From contig CAZVLU010000005.1 of NCBI GenBank assembly GCA_964628235.1, positions 16,296 to 80,295 of the forward strand: a stretch of 64,000 nucleotides of DNA, given 5' to 3'. Positions 1 to 9,776 of the stretch are shown one piece after another. The DNA comes from an uncultured Rhizobium sp. GTDB lineage: Bacteria > Pseudomonadota > Alphaproteobacteria > SMXQ01. Positions within the stretch are counted from its first letter, which is position 1, and the number at the start of each line of letters is the position of its first letter. The translations under genes were made by a program, and so were the position numbers. The notes beneath the pieces are model-generated. The model was not told the DNA's origin and did no database searches. It saw only the letters and a program-made list of their open reading frames with translations.

Positions 1-260
1 GAGCCGACGAAGAAGACGACCATCATCCACGGATGGCTCCAGCGGTCGCCGAGCCAGCCGGCCAGCGGCGCGCAGACGCCGACAAGAAGGGCGCCGAGCG
101 TCCACAGGCCGATCAGGCTGCTGTAGCCGATGCTCCACTCGCCTTCGAGCGACAGCACGATGGTGAGATAGAGCGCCACCAGCAAATGCATATAGCCATG
201 GCCGAGCCAGGCGAAGAGCTGGGACCAAGCGGCGGAACGGGATTGGGCAATCGGCGACAT
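1..260 (-). CDS. MFS-type transporter, N-terminal fragment (gene continues past window start)
   Basis: Manual reverse-strand translation from ATG at 260: MSPIAQSRSAAWSQLFAWLGHGYMHLLVALYLTIVLSLEGEWSIGYSSLIGLWTLGALLVGVCAPLAGWLGD... hydrophobic MFS-like; no stop before position 1. Confidence 0.4.
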   Translation of the reverse strand, partial: MSPIAQSRSAAWSQLFAWLGHGYMHLLVALYLTIVLSLEGEWSIGYSSLIGLWTLGALLVGVCAPLAGWLGDRWSHPWMMVVFFVG

Positions 261-327
261 CAGCCGGTTATAGGCCGGCGTCACGAGAGCGACAATCTTC
301 GTCAGCGCATCGAGTCATGCGAAAAAC

Positions 328-720
328 TCATGTTCCGTTCGCCTCATCCCTTAGCCAATCGAGATAAGGCGCGTGGCCCGTTTCGATGGTCCACGCCACG
401 ACGCAGGGCAGATCGTAGCTGTGCAGTTCGATCAGCCGCGCCGTCAGATCCGCCAAGCGGTCGGCGCGCGTTTTGAGGATGAGAACCGCCTCGTCCTCCT
501 CCTGCAGCTTGCCCTCCCAATGGTAGATCGCCGTCATGCCATCGAGCACATTGGCGCAGGCGGCGAGCCGCTCGTCCACCAGGGCACGGCCGAGCTGCAA
601 CGCCTCGGCACGCGACGCGGCGGTGACATAGACCATCATGAGGTCGGGGGGTGCGCTGGCGACCATAGGAGCCTGCAAATTCGAGGGGCCATTAGCGATT
701 GTGAAAGGGTTCGCAACCAT
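328..720 (-). CDS. cutA: divalent-cation tolerance protein CutA
   Basis: 130 aa; CutA1 signature IYHWEGKLQEEDEAVLILKT. Confidence 0.85.
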   Translation of the reverse strand: MVANPFTIANGPSNLQAPMVASAPPDLMMVYVTAASRAEALQLGRALVDERLAACANVLDGMTAIYHWEGKLQEEDEAVLILKTRADRLADLTARLIELHSYDLPCVVAWTIETGHAPYLDWLRDEANGT

Positions 721-810
721 TCTCGGAGGAAGCGCTGGCGCGCCGCCCGGACTCTAAAATAAACTGTTCAAGCCGTCAGCGCAGGACCAGAACGGCATGA
801 GGGACGTCAG

Positions 811-1083
811 ATGAGCGAATCAGCAGAACGCAGCGACAACCTTGCGTCACATCGCCCAAGCCTGCCGCAACGCAATTGGTTGGTGCGCGGTCTCGATCAA
901 CCTGGCGGCAAGCTGCCGCTATTCGACCGCGATGGTCAGCGGGTTGACGTGCAGACGGTGCGCAGTTGCTTGCAAGCCGGCTGGGCAGAGCCTTGGTTTC
1001 GCAACCCTTTGAAGCCCGATTGGCTGGTTTGCAAGATCACCGACAAGGGCCGCAAAGCGCTCGCCGACAACGACGCGCCTTAA
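811..1083 (+). CDS. hypothetical protein
   Basis: 90-aa ORF in intergenic space, followed by hairpin ctaacgag...ctcgttag; no recognisable domain. Confidence 0.4.
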   Translation: MSESAERSDNLASHRPSLPQRNWLVRGLDQPGGKLPLFDRDGQRVDVQTVRSCLQAGWAEPWFRNPLKPDWLVCKITDKGRKALADNDAP

Positions 1084-1308
1084 AGCGCTGCGCAAAATCC
1101 ATAACGCAAGGCTGTTTTGCGTGAGCAGCGCGCTCACGTTTATGCCCTGTTCTTGCCACTCGTGATCTCGAGTTCCCAATGCAACATGCCTCTCACAACT
1201 AACGAGCGGCCGGGGACCTCGTTAGGAATACCTTCGCCTTGCATTCAAGTTCCTCCCCGGATAAGACGAAAGTAATATTTCTTTCTACTTATCGAGGAGG
1301 ATATTGCG

Positions 1309-3540
1309 GTGACCGCACACTCCGTCGGCGAAAGAGTTCCCGCTTCCGATCAAATCGCGCCTGACCGCATCGTCGAATTTCCCGTCCCCAGCGCAATCCG
1401 CTGCCTATCGGTGGCGGCGCGCCACTTCGGCGTCCATCTCGCGCCGGAAGAACTCATCAAAGAACACGGCCTCACGAACGATGAGCCGGATTGCGCCACG
1501 CTCATCGCGCTTGCCGAAACCGTCGGCTTGGAACTCGCCGCCCTGCCGCTCGCGAACGCCGATGCCGCACAGTTGGCGCCCGCGCTACCTGCCATCGTCC
1601 GCCTCAGCAACGGCAACGCCCTCCTCCTCCTCGAAATCACGCGCGCCCGCGACGGCTTTACCGCCAAGCTTTACGACCCGGCGGTTGGCGAATCTGCGCC
1701 GATGGTCATCGCTTGGGACCGCCTGACAGCCGCGACCCAAGATATCCTATTGGTGAAGCGCAGTGCCAACGCCGGCGAGAACACGGATAGCGCCTTCGGC
1801 ATTGGCCGGCTGATTGCCGAGATCCGCCGCGAAAAGCGCCTGTTCCGCGATATCGCTCTCGCCGCCACCCTGATGAGCATCACCGCCCTCGTGCCGGCGC
1901 TGTTCTGGCAGCTCGTGATCGACCGCGTGCTGGTCTACAAGAGCCTCTCGACGCTGCATGTGCTGGTCGGCGGCCTGCTGTTCATCGTGCTGTTCGACAC
2001 GCTATTCGGCTATCTGCGCCGCAGCTTGATCCTCGTCGCCACCGCGCGCATCGACGCCCGCCTGTCATCCTTCATCTTCGGCCGGCTGCTCGATCTCGGC
2101 ATCGACTATTTCGAGCGCACGCCGACCGGCGTGTTGATCCGCGACGTCAACGAAGTCTGGCGGGTGCGCAACTTCCTCACCGGACAATTGTTCGGCACCC
2201 TGCTCGACGCCATCGTTCTGCTCGTCGTGTTCCCAGTGATGTTCTGGTTCAGCCCGGCGCTTGCCGCCGGCGTGCTCGGAATCGGCCTGCTGATGATGCT
2301 CGCCATCCTCGGCTTCCTGCCCTTCGTGCGGCGCCGCACCTCGCGCGCCTTCGAGGCCGAAGGCCGCCAGAATGCCTATCTCGTCGAATCGGTGCAGGGC
2401 ATCCGCACGGTCAAGTCGATGGCGATGGAAGGCCGCCGCCGCCGTATGTGGGACGGCCATGCCGCCGACGCCGCGCGCTTGCGCCGCCAGGCCGGCGGCA
2501 CCATCAACGCATTACAGACCGTCGTCGCCCCGCTCGAAAAGCTGATGACCAGCGGCATCATCGCCATCGCCGCCTATATGGCCGTCACCAGCAACGACCC
2601 GGTCTATGTCGGCGCGCTGATCGCCTTCGGCATGATGACGCAGCGCGTCGCCCAACCGCTGATCCAACTCGCCTATATGGTTCAGCAGTTCGACGAGGTC
2701 AGCCGGGCGCTGCGCACCGTCGCCGCCGTCGTCAACCAGCCGCGCGAAGAAGGCCGCGGCGCCGGCGGGCTCGCAACAACGCTCAGCGGGGCTGTCGAAT
2801 TCTCCAATTTGCGTTTTCGCTATCCGGGAGCCGCCGCCTGCGCTCTCGACGGCGTCTCGTTCAAAATCGAGGCCGGGACCGTCTTCGGCATCATGGGCCG
2901 CAGCGGCTCCGGCAAGACGACGGTGACTCGCCTGCTGCAGGGACTGCATCGCGGCTACGACGGCCTCATCAAGATCGACGGCACCGACATCCGCGCCATC
3001 GATCTCGGCCATCTGCGCCGCAGCACCGGCGTCGTGCTGCAAGACAGCTTCCTGTTCTCCGGCAGCATCCGCGACAATATCGCCGCCGGCGCGCCAGGCG
3101 CCAGCTTCGAGCAAGTCGTCAACGCCGCGCGCCTCGCCGGAGCGGAAGAATTCATCGAACGCCTGCCGCGCGGCTACGACACGCCGGTCGAGGAAAACGC
3201 CAGCAATCTCTCCGGCGGGCAAAAGCAACGCCTCGCCATCGCCCGCGCGCTGATCGTCGATCCCGCTCTGCTGATTTTCGACGAAGCGACCAGCGCGCTC
3301 GACCCGGAAAGCGAGGCGATCGTCAACGCCAACCTGCGGCGCATCGCCGCCGGCCGCACCGTCATCGTCATCTCGCACCGCCTGTCATCGCTCATGCGCG
3401 CCGACGCCATTCTGGCGCTCGATAACGGCAAGGTCGTCGGCGTCGGGCCGCATGAACAGCTTCTGCGGAACTGCGACCTCTATCGTCGTCTATGGCAGCA
3501 ACAAAACAGCCACAGTTTATACGCGGAGGCGGCCGAATGA
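1309..3540 (+). CDS. type I secretion system ABC transporter/ATPase with N-terminal C39-like domain (HlyB/PrsD family)
   Basis: 743 aa; C39-like N-term, 6 TM region, Walker A GRSGSGKTT, ABC signature LSGGQKQRLAIARAL; GTG start after RBS gaggagga. Confidence 0.9.
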   Translation: MTAHSVGERVPASDQIAPDRIVEFPVPSAIRCLSVAARHFGVHLAPEELIKEHGLTNDEPDCATLIALAETVGLELAALPLANADAAQLAPALPAIVRLSNGNALLLLEITRARDGFTAKLYDPAVGESAPMVIAWDRLTAATQDILLVKRSANAGENTDSAFGIGRLIAEIRREKRLFRDIALAATLMSITALVPALFWQLVIDRVLVYKSLSTLHVLVGGLLFIVLFDTLFGYLRRSLILVATARIDARLSSFIFGRLLDLGIDYFERTPTGVLIRDVNEVWRVRNFLTGQLFGTLLDAIVLLVVFPVMFWFSPALAAGVLGIGLLMMLAILGFLPFVRRRTSRAFEAEGRQNAYLVESVQGIRTVKSMAMEGRRRRMWDGHAADAARLRRQAGGTINALQTVVAPLEKLMTSGIIAIAAYMAVTSNDPVYVGALIAFGMMTQRVAQPLIQLAYMVQQFDEVSRALRTVAAVVNQPREEGRGAGGLATTLSGAVEFSNLRFRYPGAAACALDGVSFKIEAGTVFGIMGRSGSGKTTVTRLLQGLHRGYDGLIKIDGTDIRAIDLGHLRRSTGVVLQDSFLFSGSIRDNIAAGAPGASFEQVVNAARLAGAEEFIERLPRGYDTPVEENASNLSGGQKQRLAIARALIVDPALLIFDEATSALDPESEAIVNANLRRIAAGRTVIVISHRLSSLMRADAILALDNGKVVGVGPHEQLLRNCDLYRRLWQQQNSHSLYAEAAE

Positions 3541-4874
3541 GCAGCTATGACAATCCCTCGACACCGAGCGAGACTCTCGCCCGCTTCCGGTCGGAGGTCG
3601 AAGCGCTCGGCCAGGAGCCGGAGCCGCGCCTCGCACGCGCAACTCTGCTGATCGCTGCCGGCACCTTGATCGCCGGTATGCTTCTCGCTTCGCAGGCGCG
3701 GATCGACCGCATCGTCACCGGCACAGGCCAGCTTTCGACTGCCGAACGCACCGTCGTCGTCGGCACACTGAACCGCGCCATCATCAAATCGATCGACGTG
3801 CGCGAAGGCGACCAAGTGAGCGCCGGACAGATCCTCACCACGCTCGATCCGACCTTCGCCGAAGCCGACGTCGCCCAACTCGAAGTGCAATTGCAGAGCC
3901 TCGATGCCGAGATCGCCCGTCTGGACGCGGAATTGGCCGGCAAACCCCTGGATGAGTCGGAACTCGCGAAAAGCTACGCCCTCATGCAGCGCAGCCTGAT
4001 GGCGCAACGCGCGGCGCAGAAGGCCGAGCAACTGCGTGGCTTCGATTCCAAGATCAGCCTGCAAGAGGCGACCATCGTCAAGCTGACGGCCAACCGGCAG
4101 CGCTATGACGAGCGCGGCAAGCTCATGCGCGAGGTCGAAGAGATGCGGCGTAAATTGGCCGAGCAGCAAGTCGGCAGCCGCCTCATGCTTCTGCAGGCGA
4201 CGGATCAGCGCATCGAAATGCTGCGCAACGCCGAGTCCGACGCGCACAGCCTGGAAGAAGCGCGCCATCAGCGCGATAGCTTCCGCTCAGAACGCGAGAC
4301 CTTCCTGGAGCAATGGCGTACGCAGGCTCAACTCGACCTCGTGAAAGCGCGCACGACGCGCGACGGCGCCGTCGAGCAGCTCGCCAAGGCCCGCAAGACC
4401 CAAGATCTCGTCACGCTGCGCGCGCCGTCGGACGGCATCGTGCAGCAGATCGGCAAATTCTCCGTCGGCTCGGTGCTGACCGAAGGCGCGCCGCTCGTCA
4501 CATTGATCCCGCTCAACGCGCGGATGGAAACCGAAGTCGCCATCGATGCCCGCGACATCGGCTTCGTGCGCGCCGGCGATCCCGTCACGCTCAAGCTGGC
4601 CGCCTACGACTATCTCGAACACGGCCATGTCGAAGGCACGGTCCGCACGATCAGCGAGGACGTCTACAGCCAGCAGGCGAATCAGCCCGTGCGCCCCTAT
4701 TATAAGGCCACCATCGCCATCGACCGCGCCGCCCTGCGCAACGTACCCGACAGCTTCCGCCTCAATCCGGGCATGCCGGTGACCGCCGACGTCAAGGTCG
4801 GCACGCGCTCGCTGCTGTCTTATCTCGCGCGCGGCGCGTTGCGCACCATGGACGAGGCGATGCGCGAACCATGA
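3537..4874 (+). CDS. HlyD-family type I secretion periplasmic adaptor subunit
   Basis: ATG overlaps upstream stop (ATGA); N-terminal TM, long coiled coil, C-terminal beta domain typical of HlyD/PrsE. Confidence 0.9.
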   Translation: MSSYDNPSTPSETLARFRSEVEALGQEPEPRLARATLLIAAGTLIAGMLLASQARIDRIVTGTGQLSTAERTVVVGTLNRAIIKSIDVREGDQVSAGQILTTLDPTFAEADVAQLEVQLQSLDAEIARLDAELAGKPLDESELAKSYALMQRSLMAQRAAQKAEQLRGFDSKISLQEATIVKLTANRQRYDERGKLMREVEEMRRKLAEQQVGSRLMLLQATDQRIEMLRNAESDAHSLEEARHQRDSFRSERETFLEQWRTQAQLDLVKARTTRDGAVEQLAKARKTQDLVTLRAPSDGIVQQIGKFSVGSVLTEGAPLVTLIPLNARMETEVAIDARDIGFVRAGDPVTLKLAAYDYLEHGHVEGTVRTISEDVYSQQANQPVRPYYKATIAIDRAALRNVPDSFRLNPGMPVTADVKVGTRSLLSYLARGALRTMDEAMREP

Positions 4875-5755
4875 TCGCTCGCCTTTCGCAATGGTGGCGC
4901 GACCGTTTCAAGCGCCCGGCGCAATCGCACGTCACGCTAGCGCGATTGCAGCGCGATGCCGAACGCGGCGACGGCGAGGCGCGATACCGCTTGGCCCAAA
5001 CTTATCTCGCCGACCGACAGAGCGGCGAAGCGGCGCACAAGGCCGTGAATTGGCTGGAATTGGCGGCGCGCAGCGGCCATTCCAAGGCGCAGTATCGCCT
5101 CAGCCTGATCTATCTCAACGGCTTTGCCGCCAGCGGCCCGACCGCAGTCTGGCAAGCCGAAGCCTGCAGCGCGGCTGCGCAAGACAATCTGCGCCTGCTC
5201 TATCCCGACGGCGCGGCCATCGCGCCGCAGCCCGAACGCGCCTTCGCGCTCGCCGAAGCCTCCGCCATGCAAGGCCATGCCGCCGCCCAGGCCCATCTCG
5301 GCATGTTGCTGCTGCGCGGCGTCGGCTGCGTCCAGGATTTCGCCGCCGCCACCATCTGGTTCCGCCGCGCCGACGATCAGCAAGCCGATGATGTGATCGG
5401 CGGCGGCGGCGCCCTCGGCCTCGGCTTGATCCTCGAACATGGCCTGGGTTGCGCGGCCGACCCGGCGCGGGCCGCCCTCTATTACGAGCGCGCGACGAAG
5501 GCCGGCAACGACGCCGCCGCCACAGCGCTGGCTCTCATGCATCTCAACGGCCGAGTAGAAGCCGATCTAGCCCAAGCCGAACGCTTACTTATCGGACCCG
5601 CAGCTCGCGGAAACGCCTTCGCTCAACATGGCTTGCAACGCCTCCGTGAAACTCTCGCGGAAGCTAATCCCGTCGCCCTTCAACCCGATTATCAGAAGGA
5701 TTCATCCCATGGCTCTCAACGACCTCCGCCTGTCCTTTCGCGACGAATTCAATAG
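4871..5755 (+). CDS. Sel1-repeat (TPR-like) protein
   Basis: 294 aa; repeated AQYRLSLIYLNG / AQAHLGMLLLRGVG / GLGLILEHGLG Sel1 motifs; start overlaps HlyD stop (ATGA). Confidence 0.7.
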   Translation: MIARLSQWWRDRFKRPAQSHVTLARLQRDAERGDGEARYRLAQTYLADRQSGEAAHKAVNWLELAARSGHSKAQYRLSLIYLNGFAASGPTAVWQAEACSAAAQDNLRLLYPDGAAIAPQPERAFALAEASAMQGHAAAQAHLGMLLLRGVGCVQDFAAATIWFRRADDQQADDVIGGGGALGLGLILEHGLGCAADPARAALYYERATKAGNDAAATALALMHLNGRVEADLAQAERLLIGPAARGNAFAQHGLQRLRETLAEANPVALQPDYQKDSSHGSQRPPPVLSRRIQ

Positions 5756-8309
5756 CCTCAGTCTTGACACCGGGACTCCCGCGACCGACGCCAACTTCTG
5801 GAACAGCTCGATGCATGACGGCTACGTTCGCACGCTATCCAGCAACAACGAAAAGCAGATCTATATGGACGCCGATTATCTCGGCCTCGGCGTCAACCCG
5901 TTCTCGGTCAACAATGGCATTCTCACGATCAGCGCCGCGCAATCCTCATCGGCTGTCAAGGCCGCGACCGGCTACGATTACACCTCCGGCGTGCTGACCT
6001 CTCAAGGCGCGTTTTCGCAGACCTACGGCTACTGGGAAGTGCGCGCGCAAATCCCTGAGGGCAAAGGGCTTTGGCCGGCCTTTTGGCTGCTCAATGAGAA
6101 CAAGCAATGGCCGCCCGAACTCGATGTCCTCGAGGCCATCGGCAGCGAAACCAACTGGCTGCATCAGACCGTGCACACCGCGACGGGATCCGCGACCAGC
6201 GCTGCGACATGGAACATCGAGAAGCTATCCGCCGGCTACCACAGCTACGGCATGGATTGGACGCAAAGCGGCATCACATTCTATCTCGACGGCCGCGCCA
6301 CCTACAGCATGGCGACGCCGAGCGACGTCAACACGCCAATGTACATGGTGCTGAACCTGGCGGTCGGCGGCAATTGGCCCGGCTCGCCCGACGCGACGAC
6401 AAACTGGGCCAATGCCAAGTACAACATCGATTATGTCCGCGTCTATGAGCACACCGGCGTCGCCGGCTCGGGCGGCGTGCTCAACCCCGATGGCTCGGTC
6501 TATGTGCCGCCTCCCGTGATGCAGCTCGTCGGGCTCATCATCAGTAACGGCGAGGATATCACCGGCATGACCGGCGTAAAATTTACCGCACCCGACAGCG
6601 GCGCTTCCACAAGCAGAACTTACTCGGCGAGCCAACTCGGCCTCGGCACGCCGAGCGGCGCGACCCTGACCGTGTCTTACGACGCGCAGAAGAATGTCGC
6701 CGCCACCAATAACGGCAAATGGAACGACATCAAGAACGGCGCTTACGCCTCCGACACGGCCCAAGGCGTGAGTCTGACCAATTTCGTCGGCGTCAGCGTC
6801 CATATGAACGGCAACCAGAATTCGGTGGTTGCCGTGAAGGACGCCAAGCGCGGCAAGATCACCACCACGGGCGGCAACGACGCGATTACCGTCAATGCCT
6901 GGAGCAACGGCCAGACGGACAATATCGTCACCATCGACAGCGGCGACGGCACAGACACGATCGCATTCGCCGGCGCCGACAACACCCGCGCCGCGATCAG
7001 CGCCGGCGACGGCGCCGACACGATCTCCTTCGCCGACATGGCCAACGGCACGGCCAACGGCGGCGCCGGCGACGACCGCTTCGTCATCCGCTCAGGCGGC
7101 GTGATTTCGCTGACCGGCGGAAGCGGCATCGACACATACGATCTCGCCGCCGGCAATCGCGTCACTATCGCCGACTTCAAGCTCTCCGAGGACATCCTCA
7201 CCCTGAACGGCGTCGCCGCCAGCGCCATTCAAGTGCGCAACGCGAATGGCAACAGCTACGTCGATGTGAACGGCAGCACTGTCGCGACCTTGTCGGGCGT
7301 CACGCACAGCGCCGGCGATCTCGGCATCGGCGTGCCGCCGCCTCCGCCCGTCACGATCCCCGTCTTCGATTCGCAGACGGAGATGCCGACAGCCTTGCTC
7401 GCGCCGGACGCGTCGTTCAGCGGCTGGCCCGTGAGTCACGTCAAGCTCAGCAACGGCTCGGCGATCGCCGTCGATAGCACCAGTTTCACCGCTGGCGAGA
7501 CCGGCGCCAACAGCTCGAGAACTTATAGCGCGACCGACATGAGCAAGCTTGGCGTCAGCGCCCAAACCAGCGTGGCTGTTGCTTACGACGCGCAGAAAAA
7601 CATCACTGTCACCAACAACGGCGCTTGGGGCGGCATCAAGAATGCAGCGGTCCGTTCCGGCGCCATGACCAAAGCGACGGTGAACAATTTCGTCGGCGTC
7701 GATATCGACATCAACGCCAACCAAAGCGCCAATGTGACGGTCAACCGCGCCATGCGCGGCTCTATCGCCACCGGCGCCGGCAACGACACGATCTCCGTCG
7801 TCGGCCAAGCCAACGGCGACAACTCGAACTTGATGAACATTTTGGCCGGCAACGTGGCGAGCAACATCACCTACGCCGGCGGCAGCTCGAATTTAATGAC
7901 CATCTCGGCCGGCAATGGGGCGAACAACATCACCTACACCGGCGGCGGCTACAACCGCGCGGCGATCATCGCCGGCAGCGGCGCCGACACGATCACCTTT
8001 GCCGGCCAAGCCAACGGCGCGATCAACGCCGGCGGCGGCAACGACCGGGTGAACGTGCGCACGACCGGCAACGTCTCGGTCACGGGCGGCGCCGGCGCGG
8101 ACGTGTTCTCCTTCATCGCCGGGGCCCATGCGACGATCGCCGATTTCAAAGCCAACGAAGACCGCCTTGAAATCTCCGGTGTGAGCGCCAGCGGTCTGCG
8201 GGTGCGCAACAACGGCAACAGCACGCTGATCGACCTCAACGGCCAAAGCGCCGTGGTGTTGGCCGGCGTCTCGCTCTCGGCCAGCCAGATCAGCCTAAGC
8301 TACGTCTGA
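5709..8309 (+). CDS. secreted GH16 beta-glycanase with two tandem RTX-like Ca-binding modules (ExsH-like, putative T1SS substrate)
   Basis: GH16 motifs FRDEFNSLSLDT, WPAFWLL, ELDVLEA; nonapeptide repeats GGNDAITV/GDGTDTIAF/GDGADTISF/GAGDDRFVI; no signal peptide; start placed at M27 of the track ORF (RBS aagga). Confidence 0.8.
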   Translation: MALNDLRLSFRDEFNSLSLDTGTPATDANFWNSSMHDGYVRTLSSNNEKQIYMDADYLGLGVNPFSVNNGILTISAAQSSSAVKAATGYDYTSGVLTSQGAFSQTYGYWEVRAQIPEGKGLWPAFWLLNENKQWPPELDVLEAIGSETNWLHQTVHTATGSATSAATWNIEKLSAGYHSYGMDWTQSGITFYLDGRATYSMATPSDVNTPMYMVLNLAVGGNWPGSPDATTNWANAKYNIDYVRVYEHTGVAGSGGVLNPDGSVYVPPPVMQLVGLIISNGEDITGMTGVKFTAPDSGASTSRTYSASQLGLGTPSGATLTVSYDAQKNVAATNNGKWNDIKNGAYASDTAQGVSLTNFVGVSVHMNGNQNSVVAVKDAKRGKITTTGGNDAITVNAWSNGQTDNIVTIDSGDGTDTIAFAGADNTRAAISAGDGADTISFADMANGTANGGAGDDRFVIRSGGVISLTGGSGIDTYDLAAGNRVTIADFKLSEDILTLNGVAASAIQVRNANGNSYVDVNGSTVATLSGVTHSAGDLGIGVPPPPPVTIPVFDSQTEMPTALLAPDASFSGWPVSHVKLSNGSAIAVDSTSFTAGETGANSSRTYSATDMSKLGVSAQTSVAVAYDAQKNITVTNNGAWGGIKNAAVRSGAMTKATVNNFVGVDIDINANQSANVTVNRAMRGSIATGAGNDTISVVGQANGDNSNLMNILAGNVASNITYAGGSSNLMTISAGNGANNITYTGGGYNRAAIIAGSGADTITFAGQANGAINAGGGNDRVNVRTTGNVSVTGGAGADVFSFIAGAHATIADFKANEDRLEISGVSASGLRVRNNGNSTLIDLNGQSAVVLAGVSLSASQISLSYV

Positions 8310-8397
8310 GCCTGACGGCGGCCCGGCATCAACCGGGCCGCCGCAGATTCTCCGACTGGTTCTTGCAGGATGGCCGCGATTGCAGTCTTATCGGCGG

Positions 8398-8616
8398 ATG
8401 AGCACCGATTCCCTGACCCAACGCCTGATCGACATCGAGCATCGCCTCGCCCATAGCGAACGCATGACGGAGGACTTGTCCGCCATCGTCGCCAAGCAGG
8501 GCGACGAAATCTCGCTGCTCAACCAGAAGATCGCCGTGCTGACCCAGCGGCTGAAGGACAGCGCCGGGGCCTGGGATCCGTCGCCACGCGACAGCGAACC
8601 GCCGCCGCATTACTGA
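8398..8616 (+). CDS. slyX: SlyX family protein
   Basis: 73 aa coiled coil ending PPPHY as in E. coli SlyX. Confidence 0.8.
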   Translation: MSTDSLTQRLIDIEHRLAHSERMTEDLSAIVAKQGDEISLLNQKIAVLTQRLKDSAGAWDPSPRDSEPPPHY

Positions 8617-8627
8617 GCGCAGCGCGC

Positions 8628-8882
8628 GTGGACGACGACATCCCCGAATATTTCGTCTATGTCCTGCGCAACGGCGCCGGCACGCTCTATACCGGCATCG
8701 CCAAGGATGTCGACGCGCGGCTCACGACGCATAACGCCGGCAAGGGCGCGCGTTTCACGCGCGGCCGCGGCCCCTGGACCGTGGCGCATGTCGAAGGCCC
8801 CCTCGCCCACGGCGAAGCGCTGCGCCGCGAAGCCGCCCTCAAGCGCGACCGCGTCTTCAAGGCGGCGCTCAAGGCGAGATAG
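8628..8882 (+). CDS. GIY-YIG nuclease family protein
   Basis: 84 aa; YFVYVLR...GTLYTGIA...RL..HN GIY-YIG motif; GTG start. Confidence 0.7.
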   Translation: MDDDIPEYFVYVLRNGAGTLYTGIAKDVDARLTTHNAGKGARFTRGRGPWTVAHVEGPLAHGEALRREAALKRDRVFKAALKAR

Positions 8883-8919
8883 GGCTATAGTGCGGCTTCC
8901 AGCATCACAGGAGTCCGTC

Positions 8920-9774
8920 ATGCCGCATCCCCTCATCTCCCGCCGCGCCCTTCTCGCCGGCTTGGGCGCTAGCCTCGTTCTTGCGCCGCTGCTGACGTCG
9001 CGCGCTAGGGCGCAGGGCAACCTGCTCGACCAAGGCCGCAATCTTCTTGGCGGCGGGGCGCCGGGGAGCAGCAGCGGAACCGGCGGCGGCGCGAGCGGCC
9101 TGACCACGCAACAAGCCGACTCAGGCTTGCGCGAAGCGCTGCGCGTCGCCAGCCAGCGCACGGTGTCGCAGCTCGGCAAGCCGGGCGGCTACCTCAACGA
9201 TCCGGCGGTGAAGATTCCGCTGCCGAGCTATTTGGAGAACGCGCGGCAACTGCTCGCCAAGGCCGGCATGGCCGGCCAACTCGACGATCTGCAGCTTCGC
9301 ATGAACCGCGCCGCCGAAGCTGCCGCGCCCAAAGCGCTCGATATCTTCACCAAGGCGATTTCGTCGATGACGGTGAGCGACGCGCGCGGCATCGTTAGCG
9401 GTCCGCAAGACGCCGCCACGCAATATTTCAAGCGCACGACGACGCAGCCGCTGTCGCAAGCGTTCCGCCCGATCATCGACCAGAACCTGTCGCAAGCGGG
9501 CGCGACGCAAAGCTTTCAGAAAGTCTCGCAGAGTTTGTCGTCGAGCGCCGGCGGCGCTACCGGGGGACTGGGCGGTCTCGCCGGCATGGCGGGACTCGGC
9601 GGCGGCGCCCCTGGATCGTCGGGCACACCGCAGAACTTCAACTTCACCGACTATGCATTGGAAAAGGCGCTCGCCGGCCTCTTTACCTACATCGGCAAAG
9701 AAGAAGCGGCGATCCGCAGCAATCCCGCGGCGCGCAGCACCGACTTGCTCAAGCAGGTTTTCGGCAGCCGTTGA
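8920..9774 (+). CDS. DUF4197-like secreted protein
   Basis: RBS aggag; signal peptide MPHPLISRRALLAGLGASLVLAPLL; LREALRVASQRTVSQLGKPGGYLNDPAVKIPLP resembles DUF4197. Confidence 0.55.
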   Translation: MPHPLISRRALLAGLGASLVLAPLLTSRARAQGNLLDQGRNLLGGGAPGSSSGTGGGASGLTTQQADSGLREALRVASQRTVSQLGKPGGYLNDPAVKIPLPSYLENARQLLAKAGMAGQLDDLQLRMNRAAEAAAPKALDIFTKAISSMTVSDARGIVSGPQDAATQYFKRTTTQPLSQAFRPIIDQNLSQAGATQSFQKVSQSLSSSAGGATGGLGGLAGMAGLGGGAPGSSGTPQNFNFTDYALEKALAGLFTYIGKEEAAIRSNPAARSTDLLKQVFGSR

Positions 9775-9776
9775 AG

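Noticed and set aside
33-476. 147-aa + strand ORF at window start
   Set aside because: Antisense to cutA and to the MFS N-terminus; Arg/Ala-rich composition typical of high-GC artefacts.
2448-3425. 325-aa Arg-rich ORF inside the T1SS ABC gene (alternate frame) and many similar ORFs (16031-17626, 18314-19315, 12610-13938, 21606-22355, 22261-23280, 23506-24624, 25692-26435, 44433-45200, 48147-49577, 59081-59782)
   Set aside because: Overlap well-supported genes in other frames or antisense; R/P/A-rich low-complexity translations characteristic of GC-rich off-frame reading.
5628-5708. Upstream extension of GH16 gene to ATG 5628
   Set aside because: Would overlap Sel1 gene by 128 nt and add a non-conserved leader; the GH16 domain begins right after M27 (5709), which has an RBS.
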